From Hemiscyllium ocellatum (taxonomy: Eukaryota), in the NCBI RefSeq assembly GCF_020745735.1, contig NC_083424.1, forward strand, positions 48,532,999-48,596,998: a stretch of 64,000 nt of DNA, given 5' to 3'. The notes below the pieces were generated by a model. It saw only the letters and a list, made by a program, of their open reading frames with translations, was not told the origin of the DNA and ran no database searches. Below, in pieces: positions 24,843-37,975 of this stretch. The translations under genes and the position numbers were made by a program. Position 1 is the first letter of the stretch. Every line of letters begins with the position of its first letter.

Positions 24843-24931
24843 CTGAAGAAGGGCTCATGCCCGGAACGTCGACTCTCCTGATCCTTGGATGCTGCCTGAT
24901 CTGCTGCGCTTTTCCAGCAACACATTTTCAG
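24843..24931 (+). mobile_element. Penelope-type tail with mutated hammerhead core
   Basis: CTGAAGA A GGGC TCAT GCCC GGA ACGT C GA (A13 changed to G), followed by the ggatgctgcctga.ctgctgcgcttttccagc tail. Confidence 0.75.
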
Positions 24932-27649
24932 TACAAAATAACGGGCTGCATTTCAGTGGGATGTATCACTGCTTTGTTGTTGTGTTAAGAATCTTTGGTT
25001 GACTGGACAAAACTGATCAGACAAATGAGCCGCCCAGATGAAAGCAAATAATCTCCCCACATTTCCACGCAGTTTGTCTTAGAAGCAGGTCTGATCGAAG
25101 GCAAATAATTTTCATGTTGGATGCGGCTGATCGCACCGGGGTTAAACACTGTAACCAAAGCAAAGTATTGGAGATTCGAAATATGCTGGAGAAACTGAGC
25201 AGCTCTGGCGGCATCTATTGAGGAAACAACCGCTAACGCTTCGATTTCAACATGTCTCTTATTCAAAAGATTATATTTCTGAGTTCTGAAGAATCCAATT
25301 GGACTGGGAACATTCTCCTTGTTTTTATGCATGGTGCTCCCTGAACTGCGGAGTTTCTCCAGCATTTTCTGTTCTTCTTTCTGCCAGAGGAGCTGTTTAC
25401 ACTGCAGACACTTCAAACTCGCACATGAGCAACTGGCTAATTCTCAATTTCAGCAACCCTTCGCATTCGGCAACACTGCTTTAACAATGTGACAAAATGC
25501 GGTAGTCATAGCATATACTCTCAACCCTTAAGATTATCATTCTGACGGGTTGTTTTTCTTTAGCTGGATTATTATTTCAGAATACTGAAGTTACTATATG
25601 GGTGTGTCTCCCGCTCTATCTCCCTTCACTGCTTCATTTTACAAGGTGTGGGACTCAACGCAGCAATTACATTACCTTGATGCTTCTTTACTAGTTTGTC
25701 TTGTTTGGATTTGTAGGACTGAATGGTTGACAAGGGACTCTTGGAGAACGGCTTATTCATTGCCAAAAGAATCCAAATCGGAACGCCAAGTTGGCAATGT
25801 CAAATCCAGGAACAGAGGCCCCTCTGGACAAACTCCTTCAGCAAATGCGCTCTTGGTCTTCCCCTCCCTAAGGCGAACAAACCCGGTTTCTCAAATTTAT
25901 CCAGGAATTGAAGTCTCTAATCACTAGGCCAATGCTCGAAACTCATTTCTGAATCAGGTCGAGTAGTTCCACAACCACCCGGCAACGTGCGGTTCAGAAC
26001 TGAACACAAAACGGCAGCTGAGGCCAGACAACGCTTTATGAAGTTACACCATAAACTCTTTAGTTTTATACTTTGAGACACTTTATAGAGCCCAGGATCT
26101 GTGTCAGTTCTAACTGCTTTCTTAGTCTGCCCTACGACTTTCAATGCTTTATGCACCTCTGCTCCAGGGCCCCTAACGCTATAGAAATATATTTTACAGC
26201 CTTTTCATTACTTTTCTGCTTCACTTTTCTATGAAAATCTTCATCGTCCACAATGCTGTCAGACGTTTTGAGTTTTCTCTGCATTTTTTGTTTCGACCTA
26301 CAGCATTAGTCTGAACCTCTAAATTATTCAGTAAGTCATGTTACCATTAGTCCGTCTCCACTTAACAAAAATCAATAAGTAGTCATTATACCAATCACTA
26401 TACTAATTCCTATTTTTTTCTGACTCGCATATTTATATTTTCATTCATTTTCTCATTATCTCTCGTTTCACAACTTACACCTGTCTTCGATTTCCTGCAA
26501 AGGTATACAAGCAGTCTCAATATTTTCTACGTCTGCTCACTCCTCCAAGTTAACTATGATCAGTTTCTCTTCGAACTCCATCTTCATGTTGCTGTTTCAA
26601 AGATTTCCTCCATAAGGTTTCATGATTTTCCCACCAAGATCAGTAAAGCCGAAGCAGGCCAAATAACCAATCACGTTAACTGGCCCAATACCAAGCCTCC
26701 AGCTGAGTTTTCATTAATTCCAAAGGTGCGACCTTCATTAGGCAAAGGTTTGTTCCTGGTTCTTTGCCTGGACGACGTATATCCTTCCATTTCCCTTTGA
26801 TTTATAATCATAGTCTAACTAAAGAAGACTGTGTTTTATTTCTTCGTGCTAGTTTCTTGTAAAAATGTAATTACTGACAATTACTTGAAATTGACTTGTT
26901 TGTTGAAGTTTTCTATCGTGCACACATCAGGACAACTTTAAAGAATACCAATTTATGGGAAGACCAGTATTTATAATGTATCAGAGGGGCGTACTGATTG
27001 ACGGGAATGCGGAATCTGATCAGTAGAGAACCTGCCAGAGGCAATGCACCAGATCATGGTGACTAGTAGTTAACTGCCAGAGCATTTTGTAATGTAATAC
27101 CAAATAGGTTGACTTTACTTGATTAAGACATCACCCTGAGAAATGAAAAAGTGAATCACTGTCACCTATTCTGTTCAGCTGAAAAAGGAGCAATGCAGGT
27201 AAATGTTCTCTTTGCTGGCAAGCAACAGGGCGTCCTGTATTAAAATATGTAGCCTCTGGTACACGTAAGTGCCCCACATTTTGAGCTCAATTAATAATCC
27301 AAAATTGGTCGCTCTGCAATTCTTCACAAACTTGGGAATATCTAGTAAATGTTGTCCAGTTGCACGATTAAATCCAATGTTAGATTGTGTGATGTAGGAT
27401 CTACAGGCATGGATTGATTGTGCATAATCAGTATCTTACATGCTGCAAACAGCCAAAAGGATCCATTGTTTCACATCACCCACCATTTGTTGGGATGCAT
27501 GGGCAATATATCTGATATCTGGTGAAAAGCTTCTACAAAGTTTGTTTTTCTAGAAGTACTTACGTTCTGTGTTACTACATGATTTAGAATTTTGTTTTTA
27601 TTTTAGCAGCAAAGGGAATGAGGTTTAGAGGCAGTTTACTTTTCAGAAA

Positions 27650-28060
27650 GAAAAGGGGGATTTAACCTTCTTTGCACTCTACACTGAGTTTCCTTCACTG
27701 GATAGTTGATTTATAGATTCTTAAGGGGGTTGACAGGGTGAATATTGAAAGGATATTTCCTCACTTGAGACAATTTTGAACAGGAGATATTGTTTCAAAA
27801 GAAAGAGATGTTAATTTAGGTCAGATTAGAAGAGAAATTTCATTCCTCAGAGGGCTGAAAGTCTCTGGAACTTCTTGCTACAGAGAACTGGGGGTGCAGG
27901 GTCCTTATGGATGTATAACACTGAGATAGATAAATCCTTGATCAGTAGGGGAATCAAGTGTAATGGAGAAAACGTAGGAAAGCACATGTGAGAAAGTTTG
28001 GATTAGCCGTAATCCCATTGAATGGTGGAGCAGTGTCAAGAGGCAGAACGGCCTATACCT
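27650..28060 (+). mobile_element. Decayed CR1 3' end
   Basis: Matches the CR1 RT C-terminus and 3' UTR seen at 21650-21960. Confidence 0.65.
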
Positions 28061-28774
28061 ATTTCTGTTTCTTCTGGATTCATCCTCTTTTCGAGCAGTT
28101 TAAATTGTTTCAGCTGTCAATATTCCAGAATTACTTTCTTGTTGTGATTCAACTGACTTTAAATGATCCCAGAATTATCATCACTGTGTCTTACTCTCAT
28201 TTCAGCATATTGAACGCCTTTATTTTTTTCAGAAAAACATTGCCTTGGTTTCAATCCTGGATATCCCACATATCATTTTCAGTCTGCACCCTCATTTCTT
28301 ATTCGCGTTTTAACGAAAGGTATTTTTGTTTTTGCCTTTTTGTAAAAGTTGACAGCACTACTGTCTCTTTGCTGGAACATTTGCTGAACTGGTCCCACGA
28401 TATGATATCTCTTTTTAATCCAGTATTAATTCAATTTTCACCATGATTTGCAACGATCTTTCCTTCAAATATGATACCATGAAACAATCCATAACCCATT
28501 AACTATCTGTGCAAATAATTTCATACTAACTTCTGACTTTTTTATTTCCTTCCTGACAAGTTTAAATGGAAATCTCTTGTCGCTGATATCTGAATAAGAG
28601 TAATGCTGTCTCTCAATTTGTAATGTCAAAGTATAACTCAAACTTTTGTTGAGCTCTTTGTTGCTTTGTGTGGACGCTCCAAATCTCCACTCAATTAACA
28701 ATGAACCGGCTTCAAAAAAAAACGTAAAACGATATTTACCGATGATATCTATCGATTTCTATCATTAGAAATAG

Positions 28775-29760
28775 AACCAGAAGTAGACGTTCCATCCCTT
28801 GAGCCTGCTTTGCCATTCAGAAGGGTCATGGCTGATTTGACATTCAGCACATCCACTTCCCTGCATTCCCCCAGAACTTGTGATTCCCCTGCTCATCAAC
28901 AATCTATCGATCTCAACCTTTTATATAAAGACTCATCCGCTTCCCAACCCTCCCCAAACAGGTCGCTGTAGCCAGCAGTTCCAAAGACTCACAACACTCA
29001 TGTCATCTTAAAATGTCTCCTCTTTATTCTAAGATTATGTCCTTTGGTCCTACACTGTCCCATAACGGGAAGCATCTGCTCAGCATTTACCCCATCAAGG
29101 CGCTTAAGAATCCACCCAAGGAGTTGCTCATAAGTCAATCCCCCATACTGAGAATCTTCCTAGTCAGTTAAACAGAAATTAATGGGGAAACTCAGCATGC
29201 AGCATCTGTGGGGAGAAAACAGAGTTATTGTTTTGGATCCAGTGACATTTCTTTGTCCCAGTGAACCTTATCTGAATTGACATCTTTCCTGAAATAACGG
29301 GTACAAAGCTGCTCATTGTACTCCAACTGTGGTTTCACCATCATCTCGTCAAGCCGCAGTAAGATTTCCTGACACTTTTATTCCAACCCCTTTGAAATAA
29401 GGGCCAGTAATCCATTAGCTTTCCTGATTACCTGCTGCACCTGTGTATACGTCTTCTGTGATATGTGTGTAACTACGTCCAAGTTCCTTGTGTTGCAGCT
29501 TTCTGCAGTTCTCCATTTAAGTAACTCTATGTTTTTTTGCTTTCCCTTCAAAACGAACAACTTCACATTTTCCCACATTATACTGCATTTGCCAACCTTT
29601 TGCCCAATGACTTAACCTCTCAAAATTTCCCACTGAACTGTTTGTGCCCCTTTAGCAACTTGCTTTTCCACCTATTTTTGTGTTGTCTGCAAATGTAGCG
29701 ACAGTGCATTTGCTTCCTTCCTCCAAGTAATTAATATGAATTGTAACAGATGTAATCTTA
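28775..29760 (-). mobile_element. Decayed CR1 fragments
   Basis: ORF 29378-29578 contains QVQQVIRKANGLLALISKGLE; the CR1 3' UTR is at about 28775-28990. Confidence 0.7.
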
Positions 29761-29982
29761 TCACTGAGCACTGTGGAAATCCACTGGCTGCATGTTGTCA
29801 ACCTGAAAAACAGCCATTTATCTCACTTGGTTTCCGACATTTATGGACAGAATAAATCCCCTCAAAATGTATGAAGAAGATATTCAAGATCCTACCTTTT
29901 TCTTACCTGAAAGGCAAGTGCCAGAACTTGTGATTGGATGTAATTTGGTTGGTCAAACTACCAGTATTCACGCAAAACACAC

Positions 29983-30017
29983 TATATATACATATATGTA
30001 TATATATATATATATAT
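29983..30017. repeat. (TA)n microsatellite
   Basis: Direct reading of the sequence. Confidence 0.9.
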
Positions 30018-30411
30018 AAATTACTAATAATTAACTGTTCCATTATAGTAACGTCCCATAAACACACCCTTGGCAAAGGCAAATTCTGTCAAATAGGTTG
30101 TCTCCAGTAGGAGGACAAATATTCAGAGAAAACTCGGAGAGAGGAACAGAGCAACAGGAAGAGATGTACTGCAGCTTCCAAACCCGGCTTCAAGACCCCA
30201 ACAAATGTTACTGAAGGTTAAAGCTGAAATCACAACCCTGGTTCTTTGGAAGCTGGATTCCATCATTTCAGGCTGCCTCTGATGTTACAAAGGCATCACA
30301 ATGTACAGTAAAAGGAGGTTTGGGGTACATGAAAATCAAATAACAAGATTTTCACATGGAGGCACGGGGCACAGCTGAGACATTCACATTTGTTTACAAA
30401 GGAAGAAGGTA

Positions 30412-30600
30412 ATTAGATTAGATTAGATTAGATTCCCTACAGTATGGGAAACAGGTCCTTTGGCCCAACAGATCCACATCAACTGTCCAAAGAGTAACCA
30501 ACCCAGACCCATTCCCCAACCCTATATTTACCCCTGACTAATGCACCTAACATGATGGGCAGTTTAGCACTGCCAATTCTCCTGACCAGCACATCTTTGG
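30412..30600 (-). mobile_element. Diverged HE1-type SINE 3' part with (ATTAG)n tail
   Basis: attagattagattag tail followed by ccctacagtatgggaaacaggtcctttggcccaac. Confidence 0.75.
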
Positions 30601-31769
30601 ATGAAAGAGAAGATGATTCAGACCCTTAACGGATTCAAAATCAATAAGAATGAGAGATTGTAGAGGCAGACTGGCACAAAGTGTGATATTGCACTGGACA
30701 TGTTATGATACATCCAAGAATACTGAGGGAAGTAAGAATGGAAATTGCTGAAGGTCTGGCCATTTTCAGTCTCTCTTCGTGTCTAACAGCTGAAGAATTG
30801 GAAATTTTCAAAATATTGCAAAAAATATGCCTGACACAGGCCATTCATTACTCACCTCTAGATCCTACGTTGCATAGGTTTCTTCCTGTACAACAAACCC
30901 ATTTTGAACTATTCACATTTCTTGTCATACCATGCCCAGCATTTACCACTCTCTTGGTTTATCCTTGGCTAACTCTTTTTATGACTGTACCCCTTTCTTT
31001 CTCTCTCTCTCTCTCACTCTGTATGTGTGTGCCCTATTTCCATGCACTCAATTTCCAACTCCCTCCCCATCCCATCATTAACATAAATATCACGCTTTTC
31101 CCCGTTTTCATGCATGAGCAACAAAAGATTAGAATGCATGGACAGCACATAATCGAGAAAGCTGATCAGAGGCTATCCTTTTTTATGAGTCGATCTGAAT
31201 ATACAGTTGAGGGTAGATGATGCTGGAGAACTTCAGAATGTCTGGCAGCATGTATGGCGAGAAAACAGAGTTAACATTTCAGGCCAGAAGAACCCTTCTG
31301 GAGTGAGTTACTCTTAGCCTCTTATCTGCTCTCGCTGCCATTGTAGTTATGTAGTCAGTTTTTGGTCAATTTTATTTTTATCTCAAAAATATTCCTGGTT
31401 CATAATACAATCTTTATATGTTCACATACTCACTAATATAACACTGTATATTATTTACATATGGAGAACAGATAAATGTTGGAGTGTGACTTTCTTGGCC
31501 GTTCCAACAAACTAGCCCAAGGAGTTTCTTACATATGAGCGATACTATTTGCATATATTAGAGGCAGCGGCGGGAGCGGGTTGGGATGGGGGGTGGGGTG
31601 GCGGAGCGTCCAGTAACTAAATGCACTCCCCACAATTGTACGTCGGCCGAAAAACCTCAGTTGTTCCTCACTGGGCCCTAGCAGCAGCGGCCCCAAGCAT
31701 TAGTGCATCCCACAGCACATCCTAGACCTTCGAATATGCCATTCTGCATCATTCAGTCAAGGTCTCCTC

Positions 31770-31930
31770 GTTGGAAGACCAACAAATTTCAGGCGGAGGA
31801 AAGAGTGTCTTTCACCAAGTTGGTGGTTCTCCAGGTGCAGTTGATGTTTGGACTGGCGTATGTCCTGGGGAACAGACGGCAGCAGCTTGGGAGGTACCTC
31901 GATAAAAATCAATGCATCTCTATCCAGATC
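31770..31930 (+). mobile_element. Possible decayed Myb/SANT-like ORF of a PIF/Harbinger element
   Basis: PRWKTNKFQAEERVSFTKLVVLQVQLMFG and, in another frame, EQTAAAWEV resemble the Harbinger Myb/SANT pattern RxxxFxxxE..LFG..AWxxV. The match is weak. Confidence 0.35.
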
Positions 31931-32924
31931 TTCTTTGAAAAGTCATTTTCCAATAGGAGAGGTGTGAGCGTCTCAGCATCTACCCCGACCCCCCCCCCCC
32001 CACCCCATGCCCTCACAGATTGCAGTGATACACAGAATGCAGGCTCACATGAAAGTTCTAACAGATAGTGCTCTTCTCACCACCAGCCAATCGGTGTCTT
32101 CGTGCTGATTGGAAAGTTTTGACGGTGAGACTTTCTGCCAAACAACTTTGACAATCTGCTCAGGGAATCAGCCAACAGGATGCATCTCTTCTTTTCCCAG
32201 AGATTCTCCAAGATGCTACCTGCTAACTACTTTCTGATGGATTTGTGGTCTGGGGTATTTTTCTTTGTGAATTTCTTCAGGAAGGACAGTTGCCACGTAA
32301 TGCTCCAACTACTTGAAGTTTTCCGCAGTTCAGATGCCAGATCCATCTTTCATAACACCAGGGACAGGGAGAACTGAAGTATATAGTGCAATCTGCTGTT
32401 TGCATATGGAGGGTTTATGCACTGCTTGATGCAGTCACACATAAAGGTGGCCATTTGAATGAGGGGGGACACTGGGTACATTCTTATCCCCCTTTTCCAG
32501 AGGTTTGTACATGGAAACCTTGAACGCACACAATATTTTCTAAAATTCTGTTATGTAAATATCTGATGGACAGTTTTAAAGCAACACCAGGTGCCTGCAT
32601 TCGAATAGGTTTCTTTTAGGGCAGCCATAGGGTTCTTGTGGAAGAGTGGTACTGTCACGTGCCACCAGATCCAGAGGTGCATAATATACACACATGAACG
32701 TGCTGATGAGAGGGCAATGTTGCACTACATACACTTGTTCACAGCAAACCGAACGCCCTCTCCCAACTGAATGTTTTAATTTAAACATTCGAAGGTTGTG
32801 TAAAGCACATTTCAATCGAAATATTAACAACCTAAGGTATTTGTATTCAAATTAACAGTCATTAGTTACATAAGACCTTAGATGCCTCAATTTTTAAAAT
32901 GCATGTTTCTTTTGCACTCATGGA

Positions 32925-34680
32925 AGACAGGGAGAACTCGCCATTTGGATACAGAACTGGTTTGAAGGTGAAAGGCAGAGGGTTGTAGTTCAGGGTTGTT
33001 TTTCAGACTGGAGGCCTGTGACCAGTGGTGTTCCACAAGGATTGGTGCTGGGTCCACTGCTTTTTGTAATTTATATAGATGAATGTGAACGTAGGAGATA
33101 TAATTAGTAATTTGCAGATGACACCAAAATGAGAGGTGTAGTGGACAGCCAAGAAGGTTACCTCAGAGTACAACTGGCACTTGTACTAATGGGTTGAGCA
33201 GTGGCAAATGCTTTTAATTTAGCTAAACGTGAGGTGCCACATTTTGGAAAGGCAAATCAGAGCAGGACTTATCCCCTTAATGGCAAGGTTCTGGGGAGTG
33301 TAGCTGAACAAAAAGATGTTCAAGTGCAGGTTATTTGAAAGTGGATTCGCAGTTAGATAACAAAGTGAAGAAGGCCTTTGCTATGCTTTTCTTTATTGGA
33401 CAGATCATTGAGTGTAGGATTTGGGATTTGTTGTGGCATTAGACAATAGACAATAGATGCAGGAGTAGGCCATTCTGCCCTTCGAGCCTGCACCACCATT
33501 CAATATGATCATGGCTGATCATCCTTAATCAGTATCCTGTTCCTGCCTTATCTCCAAAACCCTTGATTCCACAATCCTTGAGAGCTCTATCCAACTCTTT
33601 CTTAAATAAATCCAGAGACTGGGCCTCCACTGCCCTCTGGGGCAGAACATTCCACACAGCCCCACTCTCTGGGTGAAGAAGTTTCTCCTCATTTCTGTCT
33701 GAAATGGTCTTCCCCGTATTTTTAAGCTGTGTCCTCTGGTTTGGCACTCACCCATCAGTGGAAACATATTTCCTGTCCCCAGAGTGTCCAATCCTTTAAT
33801 AATCTTATATGTCTCAATCAGATCCTCTCTCAGTCTTCTAAACTCAAGGATATACAAGCCCAGTCACTCCAGTCTTTCAGTGTAAGGTAATCCCGCCATT
33901 CCAGGAATTGACCTCGTGAACCTACGCTGCACTCCCTCAATAGCCAGAATGTCTTTCCTCAAATTTGGAGACCAGAACTGCACACAGTACTCCAGGTGTG
34001 GTCTCACCAGGGCCCTGTACAGCTGCAGACGAACCTCTTTGCTTCTATACTCAATCCCTCTTGTTATGAAGGCCAGCATGCTATTAGCCTTCTTCACTAC
34101 CTTCTGTACCTGCATGCTTTCCTTCATTGGTGTACAAGAACACCCAGATCTCTCTCTCTGTACTATCCCTTTACCTAAATAAAGGTAATAAAGGACATTG
34201 GTTACGTCATCTTTGGAGCATTGCGTACAATTCTGATCTCCCTCCTATCTGAAGGATGTGAAAATTGAAAGGGTTCAGAAAAGATTTACAAGGGTGTTGC
34301 TAAGATTGGAGGATTTCACGTGCAGCGAGATGCTGAATAGGCTGGGACTGTCTTCCTTGGAGCGTAGGAGGCTGAAGTTTATAAAATCATGAGGTTTATG
34401 GATAGGATAAATAGACAAGATCTTTTCCTTGGGTGGAGGAACCCAGAACTAGAGGGCAGAGGTTTAGGGTGAGAGGGGAAAAAATATAAGGGACCCAAGA
34501 AGTAGGTGTTTCATGTAGAGGGTGGTGCATGCATGGGATGAGGTACCGGAGAAATTGGTGGAGGATGGTACAATTACAACATTTACAAGGCATCTGGATG
34601 GGTATATGAATAGGGTTTAGAGGGTTTAAAGGGTTATGGGCTAAGTGCTGGCAAATTGGACAACATTAGGTTAGGATATC
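32925..34680 (+). mobile_element. Old CR1 RT fragment (host of a nested CR1)
   Basis: CR1 RT homology at 32925-33437 resumes at about 34185 (aggacattggtt..ctttggag) and runs to the 3' UTR. Confidence 0.8.
33438..34180 (-). mobile_element. Younger CR1 3' fragment with (CTATTGT)n tail, nested in an older CR1
   Basis: Nearly the same sequence as 21300-21965 in opposite orientation, with a complete 3' UTR and tandem tail at 33438-33457. Confidence 0.93.
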
Positions 34681-34687
34681 AGGCCCT

Positions 34688-34719
34688 TCCTGAAGAAGGG
34701 CTCATGCCCGAAACGTCGA
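34688..34719 (+). ncRNA. Minimal hammerhead ribozyme motif, catalytic core intact (Penelope tail)
   Basis: TC CTGAAGA A GGGC TCAT GCCC GAA ACGT C GA. All core nucleotides are present, helix III is the palindrome ACGT, the cleavage triplet is GUC, and helix I is only 2 bp. Confidence 0.7.
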
Positions 34720-35332
34720 CTCTCCTGCTCCTTGGATGCTGCCTGACCTGCTGCGCTTTTCCAGCAACACATTTTCAGCTCTGATCTCAAGCATTTGCAG
34801 TCCTCACTTTCTCCTATCACGTCATTATGGGCAAGTTGGACTGAAGGGTCTGTTTCCGTGCTGTATATCCCTATGACTCTCTCAATCTATTTGCCTTATA
34901 GTGAAATAATCTGTAGTTTGGGTGTCCTCAAAGATCGTCCATCCGGTTCACCGCTGCTCCAGCCTTGTGACTGTACATTAGTCAGAAGGAAAGAGGTCAG
35001 CAGCGAACACAGCCTCTACTCCCCTGCACATCTGCTGTTGCTCGCTTCCACTTTTATTTAGCCGTGACTAGCTATCGCCGCCTATATTTCTCCCCGTGAT
35101 CCCTTCATACTCCTGCTCTGTCCACGTTTTCTCTCTTTATGTTTCTCTCTCTCTCTCTCTCAGGGTTCCTACCAAGCACAAAGAGTGAAAAGCAGGCAGT
35201 TCCACCTCATTGATAGCCGCAGTTGAATATTTGTCTTTCAGCACACAGCGTCATACAGACCGACAGCCCAGATTCAAGGTAATTTGCGAAAAGAAAACAA
35301 CAGTGTGGAGATGGAGGAAAAATAAGAAGCAA

Positions 35333-35619
35333 TTAGATTACTTACAGTGTGGAAACAGGCCCTTCGGCCCAACAAGTCCACACCGACCCGCCGAAACGCA
35401 ACCCACCCATACCCTTACATTTACCCCTTACCTAACACTACGGGCAATTCAGCCAATTCACCTGACCCGCCCATCTTTGGACTGTGGAGCACCCGGAGGA
35501 AACCCACGCAGACACGGGGAGAACGTGCAAACTCCATACAGTCGCCTGAGTCGGGAATTGAACCCGGGTCTCAGGCGCTGTGAGGCAGCAGTGCTAACCA
35601 CTGTGCCACCGTGCCGCCC
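35333..35619 (-). mobile_element. HE1-type SINE, full length
   Basis: Same consensus as 17342-17636. Confidence 0.93.
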
Positions 35620-35642
35620 ACAAATGTGGAGTAATAGAGCAA

Positions 35643-35740
35643 ATTAGATTAGATTACTTACAGTGTGGAAACAGGCCCTTCGGCCCAACAAGTCCACACC
35701 GATCCGCCGAAGCGCAACCCACCCGTACCCCTACACCCTA
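35643..35740 (-). mobile_element. HE1-type SINE 3' tail fragment
   Basis: A second copy of the tail, 23 nt from the previous SINE head. Confidence 0.85.
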
Positions 35741-37439
35741 CAATTATTTTTCTATAATTGCAAATATAGTGGCTAACAGATGGTGAAGGAGCACTTGGTA
35801 ATAACTTAGAAAGGACAATAGCCAAATACCTGAACGCAGGGGATATGGGAGGAAATGGATAGAGAGGAGCCAGGGTTCTAACTGGATAGTTCTTTCATAG
35901 AACAGAGACATGGAAGATGATTGAATTGGGCTTCGTCTGTCCAAAATGAATGCATGACCAAATGTCCCTATGAGAAAGTAGTCTTTTTTTTCTTTGTGAG
36001 TGCAATATTCTTAATCTGTTGGAAAAAGATACCATTAGTTACTTATGAAACTTTGCAAATGATAACAGAAATTACTTTCTATGATGACATGTCATGACTG
36101 TGCAATGATAACGCAATAAATATTGCAAAGACGGTTAACGTGGCAAATTTAAATGGACAAATTAATGCAGAATGTCGCCGTCAGAAGGCTCGCTACCCAT
36201 GCTGGTTAACTGTGCCAGAAACATAAACCCGCTGGTGCGTTACTTCGGCATTAATCAGAATGCGAGACATTTTGAATTCCATTAACACTTGGTCAACACA
36301 AGAGGCCCTCCCATAGGTGTAGGCTTTCAAAGCTTCTGAGATAAAAGTTCTGAGAAGACCGAAAAGACATGCAGTAAGTGTCTTTTCCTTTACTCTCTGG
36401 AGCAAGGATTCATTAAAGTTAACATAGTATCCATCTTAAATTTTGATCTGTATCAGACAGATACAGATTTTAGTTAGACCTCCAAGAAGAACTGTGAGAG
36501 ATACCGTCCAGGAGACACCATCAGGGAGAGACCTGGATCTCAACGGGGAATCGAAAAAAGGAAATCCAATGAAAGGATTGTTGCACTGAATCAGGCTACT
36601 AAAGGTCACAGTGTGCAATGCCAGAAAGCAAGATCAAGGAGCCTGCACTCAGTCCCAAAAATTGTTCTGCTCATGCATCAATGGGAGAAGCTTCCGACTA
36701 TTCAACTACAGAGGTCATTGCATTTGGTGACTTCACTTTTCCAAACTGTTCACCTCAGAAATAACAATCTTCTTCCCAGAACATATCTGATCACAGTGTC
36801 ACACCTTCTAACTGAACAGAAACCCGTTACCTTTGAATAGTGGTTGCTTGGAAACCACTGAATCTCTTATACACTAATATCACAATAGCACTCTCAAAGT
36901 ACCTGTATTGTAAACCACGTGGCCCTCACCCAAAACTGGCCTTACTTTTATCTTATAAGTATCTGCTGAGCTGTACGTACTTTTATACAATTGTACCAGA
37001 ATTTTGTCAATAACTATTACACTTTACTAACTAACTTCAAGCAACAGTTTGCTAATAACATGATCATTATCTTGTTAGGATTTAAAGCTTTGCTGCTATT
37101 CGTTATTTTATAATTGAAATATCAGAAGAAAGTAATTAGAGTTGAGTGAACAGCACAAACTTGTAGGTAACCGAACAAGCTGCAGATATGTCTGTTGTAA
37201 TCATTATTGATGGAATCTTTCATTCTTCCTCTTCTGCATGCCTTTTAGTTGGACAATGGAAATGTTAGTCTTTCAATTGTTCGTAGACATTTTATTTGTG
37301 TCATAAAGTATTGTGGGGTTATCGAAATAATAAGAGTTCGAAATAGTCAATTCAGCGTTTTATTGGGCCCATTCTGGACTCTGGAGAACAATCCACCTTC
37401 TGGATCAGTGGTGTTGGAAGAGCACAACAGTTCAGGTAG

Positions 37440-37975
37440 CATCTAAAATGCAGCAAAATCGACGTTTCGGGCAAAAGCCCTTCATCAAATGCGAGCTGGC
37501 GTTTGGCCTCAGCAGTGTAAAGGTTGGTGCGCCAAACTACTACCGCGCCTCCCTTGTCTGCCGGTATGATGGTGAGGTTGGGGTTGGAGCGGAGGGAGTG
37601 GAGGGCTGCACGTTCCGAGGGTGAGAGGTTGGAGTGGGTAAGAGGGGTGGACAGGTTGAGGCGGTTAATGCTGCGGCGGCAGTTGGATATAAAGAGATTG
37701 AGGGCGGGTAAGAGGCCAGCACAGGGTGCCCAGGTGGATGGGGTGTGTTGGAGGTGAGAGAAGGGGTCGTCAGAGGGTGGGCGAGAGTCTTGGTTGAAAA
37801 AGTAGGCACGGAGGCGAAGGCGGCGGAAGAATTGTTCAATGTCTCACCGCGTGTAAAACTCGTTAATCTGAGGGCATAGGTGAATGAAGGTGAGGCCTCT
37901 GCTGAGGACTGATCTTTCATCCTCAGAGAGGGGGAGGTTTGGAGGAATGGTGAAAACACGGCAGGAGATTCCCCC
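37440..37975 (-). mobile_element. Inverted Penelope-like element ORF fragment plus hammerhead tail
   Basis: Minus strand encodes IPPNLPLSEDERSVLSRGLTF..FFRRLRLRAYFF..PADKGGAVVVW, the pre-RT region of Penelope-like elements, followed by TTGATGA A GGGC TTTT GCCC GAA ACGT C GATT (37490-37457, C3 lost). Confidence 0.85.

Noticed and set aside
27988-28446. 152-aa hydrophobic ORF (also 40155-40625 and 30705-31220)
   Set aside because: Low-complexity T-rich DNA, partly starting in repeats, with no domain motifs or splice structure.
32180-32377. ORF listed in the track as minus strand
   Set aside because: The peptide actually reads from the plus strand (atgcatctcttc..), and it has no recognisable homology either way.
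36607-36640. Another CACAGTG heptamer
   Set aside because: No nonamer at 12 or 23 nt.
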